A stretch of 64,000 nucleotides of DNA from an uncultured Acidobacteriota bacterium (GCA_963843575.1 CAWJKZ010000013.1:448001-512000), one strand, 5' to 3'; positions 32,147 through 43,722 are shown, numbered from the stretch's first letter. Program-made: numbers and translations. Notes: generated by a model from the sequence alone, not told the origin.

Positions 32147-33502
32147 TTACGCCCTCTCTGCGGGATCCCGCTCCAGTTCGATGAGCCGGCCCTGGTGGGA
32201 AAGCCGGTTGAGCAGGACCAGGTCTATCTGGCACTGGATGGGCTTGACCCGCAGGGTGCCGACGATCTCGCTCGCGAACGCGTAGGTCAGCAGCGTCCGG
32301 GCGGATTCCTCTCCGATGCCGCGCGACCGCAGGTAGAACATCTCGTCCTGGCTGAGCTGCCCGATCGTCGCCCCGTGCGTGCACTTGACGTCGTCGGCGA
32401 ATATTTCCAGCTGCGGCCTGGTGTTTACCAGGGCATCCTCGGACAGCAGCAGGTTCTTGTTCGTTTGTCGCGCGTTGGTCTTCTGGGCATCTTTCCGGAC
32501 CACGATGCTGCCGTTGAACACGCCGGTCGACGAGTCGTCGAGAATGCCCTTGTAAAGCTCGCGGCTGGTGCAGTGGGGCCGGGCATGGATGATCCGGGTG
32601 TGATTGTCGACGTGTTGCCGCCCGTGGGTGACGTACAGGCCGTTCAGCGTGCAGTCCCCCCCCTGCGCGTTGAGGCTGACGTCGATGTCGTTGCGCACGA
32701 GCGCGCCGCCGAGCGAGATCGAGTTCGAGTTGAACACGCTGTCCCGATCCTGCGAGATGTGCAGCGAACCGATGTGGTAGGCCGTTTCGCTCTCGCGCTG
32801 GATCTTGCAGTGCTCCACGACCGAACCGCTGCCGGCGACGATTTCGGTCACGGCGTTGGTCAGGTAGGCGCCGTCGAGCAACCCCGCGTGGGTTTCAACC
32901 ACGCCGACGCGGCTTCCTTCCCCCGCCACGATGAGCGTTCTCGGGTGGGAGACGGTCTGCCGCGCGCCCGTAGAGAGAAAGAGCAGGTGAATGACGTTGT
33001 TGAGCATCAGGCCCGCGGGCACGTGAACGAAGGCGCCGTCCTTCATGAAGGCGGTGTTGAAGGCCAGGAAGGCGTTCGACTCCGCCGTCGCGCAGCGCGC
33101 CAGGTGGGGTTCGACCCGGTCGCGGTCGGTTTTGAACGCCGACTGCAGGCTGCGCACGCGCATGCCGCGCGGCAGCTGGGGCACGGTCGAGAGCGAGTCG
33201 ACATATACGCCGTTGATGAAGACCAGTTGGCAGTCGACGTCGCCGAAGGTGAAGCTCGCCAGGTCTGCGGCCGTGAGACCGTCGGGCCGGTAGGTTGCCG
33301 GCTGGAAGTGGGTCCGGGCGATCGGCGCGACATTCGTGTAGCGCCACTCCTCGTCGCGCGTAGTCGGGAACCCGAGCCGGGCGAAACGCGCCATCGCCTC
33401 CGCGCGAAGCGCGTGCACCCAACTCCGCTTCCCGGCCGGCGTCTTTTCAAAGGCCCCGAAATCGGAGCCGTAAGCGTTCTTCTCTTCCATCCCGTCCGTC
33501 AT
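32147..33502 (-). CDS. sufD: Fe-S assembly protein SufD
   Basis: PTTRDEEWRYT; PQLEIFADDVKCTHGAT; FYLRSRGI. Confidence 0.95.
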   Translation of the reverse strand: MTDGMEEKNAYGSDFGAFEKTPAGKRSWVHALRAEAMARFARLGFPTTRDEEWRYTNVAPIARTHFQPATYRPDGLTAADLASFTFGDVDCQLVFINGVYVDSLSTVPQLPRGMRVRSLQSAFKTDRDRVEPHLARCATAESNAFLAFNTAFMKDGAFVHVPAGLMLNNVIHLLFLSTGARQTVSHPRTLIVAGEGSRVGVVETHAGLLDGAYLTNAVTEIVAGSGSVVEHCKIQRESETAYHIGSLHISQDRDSVFNSNSISLGGALVRNDIDVSLNAQGGDCTLNGLYVTHGRQHVDNHTRIIHARPHCTSRELYKGILDDSSTGVFNGSIVVRKDAQKTNARQTNKNLLLSEDALVNTRPQLEIFADDVKCTHGATIGQLSQDEMFYLRSRGIGEESARTLLTYAFASEIVGTLRVKPIQCQIDLVLLNRLSHQGRLIELERDPAERA

Positions 33503-33515
33503 CGACGATGCCCCT

Positions 33516-34280
<765 letters not shown>

Positions 34281-34319
34281 TGTGTTCTCCGGTTGTGCTT
34301 ACGATCTGTAACGTGCGGA

Positions 34320-35757
34320 TCAGCCGACGCTCCCCTCGAGGCTCACGCCCAGCAGTTTCTGAGCCTCGACGGCAAACTCCATCGGCAGCTCGCGGAAGAC
34401 CTCCTTGCAGAAGCCGTTGACGATCATCGAGACGGCGGCCTCCGAGGAGATCCCGCGCTGCTGGCAGTAGAAGATCTGGTCTTCGCCTATCTTCGACGTG
34501 GAAGCCTCGTGCTCCATCTGGGCGCTCGAGTTCTTCACCTCGATGTAGGGAAAAGTGTGCGCGCCGCATTTGTCGCCCAGCAGGAGCGAATCGCAGCGCG
34601 AATAATTCCGGGCGTTCTGCGCGCCCTTGAGGATCTTGACCATGCCGCGGTACGTGTTCTGCCCGTGGCCCGCGGAAATGCCCTTGGACACTATCGTGCT
34701 CCGGGTGTTCCTGCCGATGTGGATCATCTTGGTCCCGGTGTCGGCCTGCTGGTAGTTGTTGGTCAGGGCCACCGAGTAGAATTCGCCGATCGAGTTCTCC
34801 CCCTGGAGGATGCAGCTCGGGTACTTCCAGGTGATCGCCGAACCGGTCTCCACCTGCGTCCAGGATATCTTCGAGTTCACCCCGAGGCACTTCCCGCGCT
34901 TTGTCACGAAGTTGTAGATCCCGCCCTTGCCTTCCTTGTCCCCAGGGTACCAGTTCTGGACCGTCGAGTACTTGATCCGGGCGTTGTCCAGCGCCACGAG
35001 CTCGACGACTGCCGCGTGCAGCTGGTTCTCGTCCCGCATGGGAGCCGTACATCCTTCGAGGTAGCTCACCTGGCTCCCTTCGTCCGCCACGATGAGGGTC
35101 CGCTCGAACTGCCCGGTCTGCGCCGCGTTGATGCGGAAATAGGTCGACAGCTCCATCGGGCAGCGGACCCCTTTCGGGATGTAGCAGAACGAGCCGTCGG
35201 AAAACACCGCGGAGTTCAGGGTCGCAAAGAAATTGTCGGTGTACGGCACCACGGACCCCAGGTATTGCCGGACAAGGTCGGGATGCTTTTCGACGGCCTC
35301 GGAAAACGCGCAGAAGATGATCCCAAGTTCCGCCGAGCTTCTCCTTGAAGGTCGTGGCCACCGAAATGCTGTCAAACACCGCGTCGACCGCCACCCCGGC
35401 CAGCAGTTCCCGCTCGCGCAGCGGGATGCCCAGCTTCTCGTATGTGGCCAGGAGTTCCGGGTCGACCTCGTCCAGGCTCCTGGGTTTGGCCTTGACCTTG
35501 GGGGCGGAGTAGTAGCTGATGGCCTGGTAATCGATCGGCGCATAGTGCACATTCGCCCAGTTGGGCTCCTCCATCGTCTGCCAGTGCCGGTAGGCTTTCA
35601 GGCGCCAATCGAGCATGAACTCCGGCTCGTTCTTCTTGGCGGAAATCAGCCTGATCACGTCCTCGTTCAAACCGCACGGGACCGTGTCCGCCTCGATCTC
35701 GGTGACGAAACCGTACTTGTACTCCCGGTTGGCAAGATCCTGTATGTTGGTACTCAT
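34320..35757 (-). CDS. sufB: Fe-S assembly protein SufB, +1 frameshift near 35333
   Basis: N-part [10 protein letters not shown]...AVDAVFDS; C-part [20 protein letters not shown] and TWKYPSC; removing one base restores KLAELGIIF. Confidence 0.95.
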
Positions 35758-35813
35758 AAAACCTTTCCGACGCAGGGCTTCAGATTGCTCCGGCGCCTCA
35801 CTCTGCTTCCAGC

Positions 35814-36275
35814 TCAGGAAACCTGCCCGGGCCGGATTTCCGGACTGCCGAGATTGACGAGCGGTTGATATAGCGGTTGGGCCATTTCCGCCAGCGTGAT
35901 CTTCTCGAGCGCTTCGAAAATCGCCCGGTTGATGAGGTGCCAGTTCGTACGAACCGGGCAGCCAGTCTCCAGGCCACAGTCGCCATTCAGCGTGTCCGTG
36001 CACTCCGTTACGGCGATGGGCCCCTCGAGCGCCCGGATAATCTGGGCAACCGTGATCTCCTGCGGCCGCCGCGCCAGCCCGTATCCCCCCTTGGTGCCGC
36101 GCTGGGAAACCAGCAACCCTTCTCGAGCCAGCATCTTGAGGACTTTGCTGGCCACGGGGAGGGGCAGCCGCACTTCCTTGGAGATGTCTCGGGCGGCGTG
36201 CGTCACCCCACCGTGGTTCGCGATGTGGGTGAGCATGACGATGCCGTAATCCGCCAATTTGGTGACTCTGAGCAT
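35814..36275 (-). CDS. Rrf2 family SUF-system Fe-S regulator
   Basis: [28 protein letters not shown] and three Cys ([18 protein letters not shown]). Confidence 0.9.
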   Translation of the reverse strand: MLRVTKLADYGIVMLTHIANHGGVTHAARDISKEVRLPLPVASKVLKMLAREGLLVSQRGTKGGYGLARRPQEITVAQIIRALEGPIAVTECTDTLNGDCGLETGCPVRTNWHLINRAIFEALEKITLAEMAQPLYQPLVNLGSPEIRPGQVS

Positions 36276-36295
36276 GAACGACCCCTGCGCGCTCC

Positions 36296-36323
36296 TTATA
36301 CAGTACTGAATCAGTCCGAAATA
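36296..36323. promoter_or_regulatory. Palindromic operator, probably bound by the Rrf2 regulator
   Basis: ttatacAGTACTGA-a-TCAGTCCGaaata, just downstream of the suf promoter. Confidence 0.55.
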
Positions 36324-36330
36324 CAGGTGC

Positions 36331-36359
36331 AGAATAGCAACCCGGAGTGGAATTGTCAA
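36331..36359 (-). promoter_or_regulatory. sigma70 promoter of the suf operon
   Basis: TTGACA, 17 nt, TATTCT with an extended TG on the minus strand. Confidence 0.75.
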
Positions 36360-36369
36360 CAGAATAAGT

Positions 36370-36398
36370 CTGACCTAATTATAATGTAGTGTTATAGT
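36370..36398 (+). promoter_or_regulatory. sigma70 promoter upstream of the trpS leader
   Basis: CTGACC, 17 nt, TATAGT with an extended TG; a second candidate TTGCAT-18-TATAGT lies at 36475-36504. Confidence 0.55.
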
Positions 36399-36632
36399 TA
36401 GGAACAAACCCGGCGTTCGGTGGCCCGGAGCGGGGACGTTTGGGGCGCCTCGTTGGGAACCTCTAGCCGGGTTATTGCATTGCAGGCCGCACTCGGCCTA
36501 TAGTTCCAACGCCGCGGCGACCCATCGCGCGAGCGGGTTCGCGCGCGGCAGCGCCATTAACATCAGCGGGGTCAGGCGCCTTCCCGGCTGCAGGGGGCCC
36601 TGCGCACCGCGAAACGGAGACGCATCGGACAC

Positions 36633-37625
36633 ATGGACGCCAGCACTCAGTCGGTCATACTTTCCGGCATTCAGCCCTCCGGGAACCTGCATCTCGGGAA
36701 CTATTTCGGAGCTGTTCAGCAATATCTCGAGTTCATCGCCAGCGGGCAGCGCTGTTATTTTTTCCTGGCGAACTACCATGCCTTGACGTCGATCCGGGAC
36801 CGGGACAAGCTGCTCGAGCTGACCCGCAACACGGCGGCGACCTATCTGGCGCTCGGGCTCGACCCGGAAAAGTGCTCTGTGTACCGGCAAAGCGACCTGC
36901 CGGAGGTGTGCGAGCTGCAGTGGATTCTGTCGACGGTAACCCCGATGGGATTGCTGGAGCGGTGCCACGCCTACAAGGACAAGGTAGCGCAGGGTTTACC
37001 TGCAGAACACGGCCTTTTTGCCTATCCGGTGCTGCAGGCTGCGGACATCCTGATCGTGCGGTCCAACCGGGTGCCGGTCGGGCAGGACCAGAAGCAGCAC
37101 ATCGAGGTCACGCGCGACATCGCGCAGTACTTCAACAACACCTACGGCGAGGTCTTGACGATACCGGAACCTTACATACCCGAAAGCGTGGCGGTTGTCC
37201 CCGGACGCGACGGCCGGAAGATGTCGAAATCCTACAACAATACGATCGAGCTGTTTGCCCCCGAGGACGAGGTGCGGCGCCAGGTGTTTTCGATCGAAAC
37301 TGATTCGGCAAAGGTGGCGGATCCCAAGGACCCGGACCAGAGCAACCTGTTTGCGATCCTGAAGCTTTTCTGCAGTCCGGAGACGACGGCGGAATGGGCG
37401 GAGAGGTTTCGCCGGGGAGGCCTTGGCTACCGCGAGGTCAAGCAGGCGATCTACGACAACTTCGTCGCGCTGTTCAGCGAGGCGCGGCGCAAGCGCAGGG
37501 AAATGGACAGCCGGCCGGAGTATGTTGAAGAGGTCCTGCGCCGGGGGGCAGAGCAGGCGCGGGCCGTCGCCATCCCGCTCCTGCGCCAGGTGCGCGACGC
37601 CGTCGGCATCCCCAACACCCGGTGA
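36633..37625 (+). CDS. trpS: Tryptophan--tRNA ligase
   Basis: SGIQPSGNLHLGN, YPVLQAADIL, VPVGQDQKQH and KMSKS. Confidence 0.97.
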   Translation: MDASTQSVILSGIQPSGNLHLGNYFGAVQQYLEFIASGQRCYFFLANYHALTSIRDRDKLLELTRNTAATYLALGLDPEKCSVYRQSDLPEVCELQWILSTVTPMGLLERCHAYKDKVAQGLPAEHGLFAYPVLQAADILIVRSNRVPVGQDQKQHIEVTRDIAQYFNNTYGEVLTIPEPYIPESVAVVPGRDGRKMSKSYNNTIELFAPEDEVRRQVFSIETDSAKVADPKDPDQSNLFAILKLFCSPETTAEWAERFRRGGLGYREVKQAIYDNFVALFSEARRKRREMDSRPEYVEEVLRRGAEQARAVAIPLLRQVRDAVGIPNTR

Positions 37626-37637
37626 TAGAACTTCAAA

Positions 37638-37706
37638 TCTGAAGTGCGGCGGCTCGACGGGCTCTACGCCGCTTGGGGGGTGGCGCCGAGGCGCCGCACT
37701 TCCAGA
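37638..37706. repeat. REP-like doublet between convergent trpS and pepP
   Basis: tctgaagtgcggcggctcgacg...tggcgccgaggcgccgcacttccaga. Confidence 0.7.
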
Positions 37707-39098
37707 TTACTTCATTGCATTTTCTACTTCATCCACCGTCTTCGGTATGCCGGGGCCGAGAACACGGGTTCCTTCGGCAGTGACCACGACGTTGTCTTCG
37801 ATCCGGATCCCGCCAAATGTCCTGAAGGACTCCAGCTTGTCGTAGTTGATGAAGTCCCTGTGCAGTTTTTCCTGATGCCACCGGTCGATGAGCGCCGGGA
37901 TGAAGTAGATGCCGGGCTCGACGGTGAGGACAAAGCCCTCGAGGAGGGCGCGGCTGAGCCGGAGAAAATTCAGGCCGAACTGCGAGCTTCGGGGCTGTCC
38001 GGGGGGATAACCGACGACGTCGCCCAAGTCCTCCATGTCGTGTACGTCGAGGCCGAGCATGTGACCCAGGCCGTGGGGGAAAAACAGGGCGTGGGCTCCC
38101 GCCTCCACGGCATCCGCCGGGTTTCCCTTCATGAGCCCCACCCCGCACAGCCCCTCGGCGAGGACCCTGGACACGTGCAGGTGGACGTCCTTGTAGGTCA
38201 CGCCCGGTTTGATCATCTCGATACCGGCAAGCTGCCCGCGCAACACCGTTTCGTAAACATCCTTCTGGACCAGGGTAAACCTGCCGCCGACGGGGAACGT
38301 CCGGGTGATGTCCGACGCGTAATAGTGGGGCGACTCAGCCCCGGAATCGTTCAGGAGGAGTTGACCCTGCTGCAGCACATTGTGGTAGGAGTGGTTGTGC
38401 AGGACTTCGCCGTGCACGGTGACGATGGGGTTGTAGGCCTGCGCGCGGCCGGAGGAAAGTGCAATGCCCTGGATGAGGCCAGCGATGTCCGCCTCGGTCT
38501 TGCCGGGTTTTGTGGCTGCCATGGCGGCACGGTGCATCCGGTCGGTGATTTTGAGCGCATCCTCGATTTCCCCAACCTCGACGTCGGATTTTATGGAGCG
38601 CTGAAGCGCGACGGCGTCGCGCAGTTTCGCAGAGATCCCCGTGTTGACTTCGCTCGGCTCGACGACCAGGAGCTCAGCCATGCGGAAGATCGAGGAAGCC
38701 TGGTACTGCGGCAGGTAGTGGATCGACACCCCCTGGCTTCGGGCCTTCGTGAGATAGACGCCGAGGCGCCCCAGTTCCTCGACCGTCTCGATGCCGGCGT
38801 GGCGCGCCATGTCCAGCCGGGTGTGACCCGCGCCGCTCCAGACGACGTCGTCCATGGTGGTGGGCCGGGCGAACAACACGTCGTAGTCCGGCTCCGGATA
38901 GGACAGGACGGCCAGGTCGGGCTCCGACAGTCCGGTGTAATAGAGGAAATTCGAGTTCTGCCGGAACGGGAAGGAATTGTCCGCGTAGTTGCGTGGCTGG
39001 AGCATGTGCCCGAGCCAGAGGATGACGCCGCCCCCTAACGCTTCCCGGACCTGGTTTCGTCGCGCGCCATAGACCTCTGCCCAATTTGCATCCGTCAT
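37707..39098 (-). CDS. pepP: Xaa-Pro aminopeptidase (M24B)
   Basis: FRQNSNFLYYTG, LHNH, DSGAE..YASDITRTFP, HGLGHMLGLDVHD, TVEPGIYF and GIRIED. Confidence 0.92.
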   Translation of the reverse strand: MTDANWAEVYGARRNQVREALGGGVILWLGHMLQPRNYADNSFPFRQNSNFLYYTGLSEPDLAVLSYPEPDYDVLFARPTTMDDVVWSGAGHTRLDMARHAGIETVEELGRLGVYLTKARSQGVSIHYLPQYQASSIFRMAELLVVEPSEVNTGISAKLRDAVALQRSIKSDVEVGEIEDALKITDRMHRAAMAATKPGKTEADIAGLIQGIALSSGRAQAYNPIVTVHGEVLHNHSYHNVLQQGQLLLNDSGAESPHYYASDITRTFPVGGRFTLVQKDVYETVLRGQLAGIEMIKPGVTYKDVHLHVSRVLAEGLCGVGLMKGNPADAVEAGAHALFFPHGLGHMLGLDVHDMEDLGDVVGYPPGQPRSSQFGLNFLRLSRALLEGFVLTVEPGIYFIPALIDRWHQEKLHRDFINYDKLESFRTFGGIRIEDNVVVTAEGTRVLGPGIPKTVDEVENAMK

Positions 39099-39133
39099 CG
39101 TTGGCTCCTATCCGTGTTGCGAGATTCTCGGTT

Positions 39134-40075
39134 TCACCCGGCGAGAGCGGCGGCCTCAGCCTCAGCTGGCGCAAACTCTGCCAGGAACTTCTCCACGGCG
39201 TGCGCATACCGCCGGGGATCGTGCGAGAACAGGTCTTGGTGTCCGGCACCCGGGAAGAGCACCATGCGCTTGGGCTCCGGGATGCAACCATAGAGGTATT
39301 CGACCTCGACAAGCTTCAGAACCCGCTCCGAGTCGCCGGCCAGCAGCAGCACGGGACAACGGCAGTTTTCCATGGCTTTCCCCGGGTCGAGATCTTCGGC
39401 CCGCAGCTGTGCCATCTGCTCCACGATCTGCTCGACGGGCCATGCCAGCCACGGGGTCAGGGAGTGGGGCAGCCGCAGCGCGAGGCGGTTGGCGAGCGCG
39501 TGCCGGATGTTGTCGTAGCAGGATTCGAGGATCATCCAGTTGGGGAGCACCTCGCCGTAACCGACCGCGTAGGCCGCTGCCGCCGCGCCCATCGAGATCC
39601 CGTCGATGCCGATGTGGACGGGAACGCCCGGGTGGAGCGAACGGATGAACTCGAATGCGGCCGTCACATCCTGGCGCTCGTGATATCCGTAGGAGATGCG
39701 CGACGGGTCGCTGCCGCCGTGCCCGCGGAAATGCAGCAGCAGGACGTTGAAGCCGCGTCGCGCGAAAAACCGGGCCCTCACGTAAAGGATTGACCGGTCC
39801 GACCTGTACCCGTGAAGCGCCAGCACCCACCGGTCGGGCCGCGCCGTACGGGACAGCAACACCCACGCGTGCAGCGACAGCCCGTCGGACGACTTCAGCG
39901 ACAGCGGCTCGAGCTTTCCGTAGCGGATCGCGGGGATGCAATCGTAGTCGCGTCGCTTGCCCGGGCGCACCAGCAACCACGCCAAGATCATGCTTGTGAC
40001 CGCCGAGATCACGGCCACTCCCCCGGCGGCAAGCATTGCGGCCTTCGAAAATCGGCCGAGCGAACGCGCCTTCAT
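39134..40075 (-). CDS. Membrane-anchored alpha/beta hydrolase
   Basis: N-terminal TM segment; LHGY, FRGHGGS, GISMG nucleophile elbow and GAGH. Confidence 0.85.
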   Translation of the reverse strand: MKARSLGRFSKAAMLAAGGVAVISAVTSMILAWLLVRPGKRRDYDCIPAIRYGKLEPLSLKSSDGLSLHAWVLLSRTARPDRWVLALHGYRSDRSILYVRARFFARRGFNVLLLHFRGHGGSDPSRISYGYHERQDVTAAFEFIRSLHPGVPVHIGIDGISMGAAAAAYAVGYGEVLPNWMILESCYDNIRHALANRLALRLPHSLTPWLAWPVEQIVEQMAQLRAEDLDPGKAMENCRCPVLLLAGDSERVLKLVEVEYLYGCIPEPKRMVLFPGAGHQDLFSHDPRRYAHAVEKFLAEFAPAEAEAAALAG

Positions 40076-40132
40076 ATGCCTATCCTAGCAGGTGTGTGGA
40101 AGTGCGGCGGCTCGATTTCGTCGGCGGCCCGG

Positions 40133-40273
40133 CTACCGCTTCTCGAGCAGCTGCTTGAGGCGTTCGACCTCCTGGCGCAGGCTTTTTTCGCGCGCGTGGA
40201 TCGAGTACAGGTAGATTGCCAGCACGACCCAGATGACGGTGTAGGCCGCGAAAAGGTAGCTCATGGTGTTCAT
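40133..40273 (-). CDS. ccmD: CcmD family small membrane protein
   Basis: YLFAAYTVIWVVLAIYLYSI followed by a charged tail; follows ccmC. Confidence 0.75.
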   Translation of the reverse strand: MNTMSYLFAAYTVIWVVLAIYLYSIHAREKSLRQEVERLKQLLEKR

Positions 40274-40372
40274 AGGACACGTTCTCCGGCAGTTTCCGTG
40301 GTCTTCAGAGTCTTCCGTGGCGAGTTTCTTTGCTGCCTGCAAAAAGTCGACGGCAATCTCCCGCGACGGGGC

Positions 40373-41062
40373 TCATCGGGCGAGGTCGGCCCGACGCTCC
40401 AGCATATCGACGTCGAGGCGGGCCTGTTCGAGGAAGAAGCGCCGCCGCATCAGGTAAACGAACAGGATCAGGAAGACGGCCAGGCAGGTCCACAGCGCCG
40501 GTCTCATCGCGGGGGACAGCCCGCCCGTCTCGACCATGGGGGACGGGTGGATGTCGCGCCACCACCGTATCGAGAACCACACGATCGGGGCATCCACGAA
40601 CGCCACGATGCCAAAGACGGCCGACATCATGGCCCTTCGCTCCGGGTCGGGGACGTAGTTGCGGATGAGCAGGTATGCGACGTAGAGCATCCAGAGGACA
40701 AGCGACGACGTCAGCCGCGGAGACCAGGTCCACCAGACAAACCACACCGGCTTGGCCCAGATCGGGCCCGTGATCAGAACGATGGTCAGGAACATCACGC
40801 CGATCTCGGCCGCGGACAGCGCGACGCTGTCCCACCAGCGGTCCTTCCTGGCCACGTACATCAGGGACGCGGCGAAGTTCACCGCGAAGGCCAAAAGCCC
40901 GACCACTCCCGCCGGCATGTGGAAATAAAAAATCCTCTGCAGGTCGCCCATGGTGCGCTCCCGCGGGGCCTGCAGGAACGCCATATAGAGCGCCAGAACC
41001 ATGCCGACGAGAAGCAGCACGCCGAGCACCGTGTCCAGCCGGGAGTGCTCTTTACGGATCAT
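40373..41062 (-). CDS. ccmC: Heme exporter protein C
   Basis: RIFYFHMP; WWD-domain variant TGPIWAKPVWFVWWTWSPRLT; WWRDIHP. Confidence 0.92.
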   Translation of the reverse strand: MIRKEHSRLDTVLGVLLLVGMVLALYMAFLQAPRERTMGDLQRIFYFHMPAGVVGLLAFAVNFAASLMYVARKDRWWDSVALSAAEIGVMFLTIVLITGPIWAKPVWFVWWTWSPRLTSSLVLWMLYVAYLLIRNYVPDPERRAMMSAVFGIVAFVDAPIVWFSIRWWRDIHPSPMVETGGLSPAMRPALWTCLAVFLILFVYLMRRRFFLEQARLDVDMLERRADLAR

Positions 41063-41064
41063 CG

Positions 41065-41742
41065 TCAATCCTCCAGCACGAATTCGAAAAGCAGACAAGC
41101 GAGGGTCGCAAACACGATCGTAAACACCGACATGATGGTCAGGGGCAGCTTCAACACCCTGTAGTCGGCCGTATTCAAGATGATGCTCGTGGCCTCCACG
41201 GCATTGATCAGGATCGGGAGGACTACCGGGAACAGGATGAGCGGGAGCAGCACTTCGCGCATCCGGGTGTTGGCCGAAACCGCGGCCAGCAAGGTTCCCA
41301 CCGCCGTGAACCCGAGCGTACCGATGAAGAATACCAGAACCAGATACGGGATCTCCCGCCAGACCGTGAGGTTGAAGAACGCGAAGGCGAAAACGGAAAT
41401 GACGGCCTCCGAAACAAGCATGAAGACGGTCGCCGCCATCATCTTGCCGAGGAACAGGATGCCTCGATCCATCGGCACCATCAGCAGCCCCTGCAGGCAG
41501 CTGTTTTCCTTTTCGGCCGCAAACATGCGGTTGAGCCCGAGCGTGCCGGAGAACGCAAACGCCACCCAAAGCACACCGGGCACGGCCATCCGGATGGAAT
41601 CCCGCACCGATTCCAGCGCGAAATTGAACACGACCAGGACGACGATGCCGAAGAAGAGCATGGCGTTCAGGGAGTCCTTGGTCCGGAGCTCGACCAGCAT
41701 GTCCTTGCGAAAGATCGCCCAGATCCTGGCCGCCGTCGTCAT
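41065..41742 (-). CDS. ccmB: Heme exporter protein B
   Basis: IFRKDMLVELR, GVLWVAFAFSG, FAAEKEN and LLPLILFP. Confidence 0.9.
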   Translation of the reverse strand: MTTAARIWAIFRKDMLVELRTKDSLNAMLFFGIVVLVVFNFALESVRDSIRMAVPGVLWVAFAFSGTLGLNRMFAAEKENSCLQGLLMVPMDRGILFLGKMMAATVFMLVSEAVISVFAFAFFNLTVWREIPYLVLVFFIGTLGFTAVGTLLAAVSANTRMREVLLPLILFPVVLPILINAVEATSIILNTADYRVLKLPLTIMSVFTIVFATLACLLFEFVLED

Positions 41743-42439
41743 CGCGCTTCCGAAAGAGCCCGGTATCTTTCCCTGAAACTCCTCGAGGCTCAGCGAGGGT
41801 TTGGGAAAATCGAGTGCGACGACCCCGCGGTCGATGACGATGATCCGGTCGGCAAGCTCGTACCCGAGCGGGGCGTCGTGGATGGCCATGAGGCAGGTCT
41901 TGCCGCGCGCGTGCGCGTCGGCGAGGTACTAGTTTCAGAAAGTCCGACCCGGCCTGATCCAGCCCGGTGAACGGCTCATCGAGCAGGAGGATGTCGGGGT
42001 CGTGCAGGAACGCCCGGGCGATCGCGAGCCGCTGCTGCATGCCGCGCGAGTAGTTCCGCACCGGCTCCCGCTCCCGTCCCGCCAGCCCCACGCGGGCGAT
42101 CTCCCGCTGCAGGTCCTCGTCGGCGGCGGGGAGGTTCAGCAGCCTCGCGTAGAAGCGCAGGTTCTCCAGCGCGGTGAGATCTCCATAGAGCGCGGTGTTG
42201 TGGGAGAGATAGCCCATCATGCCCCGCGCCCTGGCGGGCGGGCGGGAGGGCGGCATGTCGATCGCAACCGAGCCGGACGAGGGGCGGGTGAGCCCCGCCA
42301 GGATGCGCAGAAAGGTCGTCTTCCCCGCACCGTTGCGGCCGAACAGGGCGATGAAATCGCCGCGGTCCACGCGGAGGCGCAGGTCGCGCAGCGCGGTGAA
42401 CTTTCCAAAGTACTTCGCCAACCCCTGCACTTCGATCAT
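41739..42439 (-). CDS. ccmA: Heme ABC exporter ATPase CcmA, frameshifts near 41930 and 41772
   Basis: GRNGAGKTT, YSRGMQQR and LLLDEPFTGLD; continues as YLADAHARGKTCLMAIHD in the next frame and ends EEFQERYRALSEAR* overlapping the ccmB ATG. Confidence 0.85.
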
Positions 42440-42464
42440 CGATATGGTGTACCGGAACCGGCGG

Positions 42465-43722
42465 CTACTTCCTGCCGAGAAGCATCGCAATGCGGCGCAG
42501 CTGGCGCTTGCCCATCTCGCGCTGCCGAGTGTACTCGCGGCGGTCCAGCATTTTCGTCCTCGAACCTCTTGTCCAGACCGGCGAGGTAGTCCAGGAGCTG
42601 GTCTCTGCGGGCCCGCAACTCCCTCAGGCGGGGATCCTGCGCGCCCGGGGCGCTCTGCGGGATCCGGTTGAACGCGTACCAGAGCACGACGATAAAGCCG
42701 AGCAGGATCAGGGGCCCGATGACGAGGGCGTTCTGCGAGACCCTGTTCCCCATCGGTTGTATGCGCGGCTGCGCGGACACCGCCTCCGTTTCCGGCGCAG
42801 TGGCGACCGGCGTTCCGCCGGAAAAGGTCCAGGCCACCTCGGTTCCCGCTTTGACGGGGCCACCGGAGTACACGGCAAAGTTCCGTTGGGCGTCGGTCTG
42901 CACCTTGACGAGGCCCTCGCCCGCGACCGTCACGTCCTGCGGAATGACGCCGAACTGGAACGACTCGACGTCATTGTAGAACTTCTTTCGCAGCGTATAG
43001 GATTTATCTTTGTACGGCAGCACCTGCTCGACCTGGAACGCGGTCACGCCGGGTCGGATCGGATACAGGCTGTAATAGCTCAGGCCGTCGGGGCTCTCCA
43101 GCGGCGACTGCGTCAGCGGCATGCTGGAACCGGGAGCAGTGACGTCGAGCCGCGGCGGTTCCAGCAGTCCGGGGGCCTTGGCGAACCGGAAGTTCCCGTC
43201 CATGTTCATGTAGGTCTGCGGCGGTTTCGTCTCGTTCTTGAAAGAGTACGATTCCAGGCAGCGGAGCTGGTCGCCGGTCAGCTGAAAGGCCATCTGGAGG
43301 CCCTGAAGCGTGATCCCTTTCGCCGAGGTGGTGGGTTCGAACACCTCAACCTCGACCAGCGACTTGCCGGAGGCGTCGAAATTGACCCTGCCGTGGTAGT
43401 TGACCGACTTGTAGTTGGCCCGGACCATCAGCGGGGAATCCGTGGGGAGCCCGTCGACGCGGAATCTCCCCGATGCGTCGGTCGCGGACGACTTGAGCAC
43501 GCTCATGCCGCCCCCGAGGCCGACGATGTCGATCTCCACGCCGGCGGCGGTCTTGGCGGCGGCGGTGGCGTTGACGAGCCTGCCTTCGATGACGCCCTGC
43601 CCCTGCTGCGCGCCGAGCGTCGCAGCGTGGAGGGTCGCGAGAAGGAGAGAAGTGGCCAAAAAGGTCGTGGCCCGCCGTGCAGACCAAAGCCCCGGTAGTA
43701 CGGTACGCCTTGTCAGGTTCAT
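42465..43722 (-). CDS. Exported beta-rich (carboxypeptidase-regulatory-like) protein with C-terminal TM and CcmI-like helical tail; frameshift near 42555
   Basis: Signal peptide; GVIEGRLVNAT..TDASGRFRVDGLP; TM LVIGPLILLGFIVVLWYAF; corrected tail LDKRF...LDRREYTRQRE. Confidence 0.7.

Noticed and set aside
41065-42439. Apparent CcmA-CcmB or CcmA-CcmC fusions in the ORF track
   Set aside because: Explained by two single-base insertions; correction restores a normal CcmA whose stop overlaps the ccmB ATG
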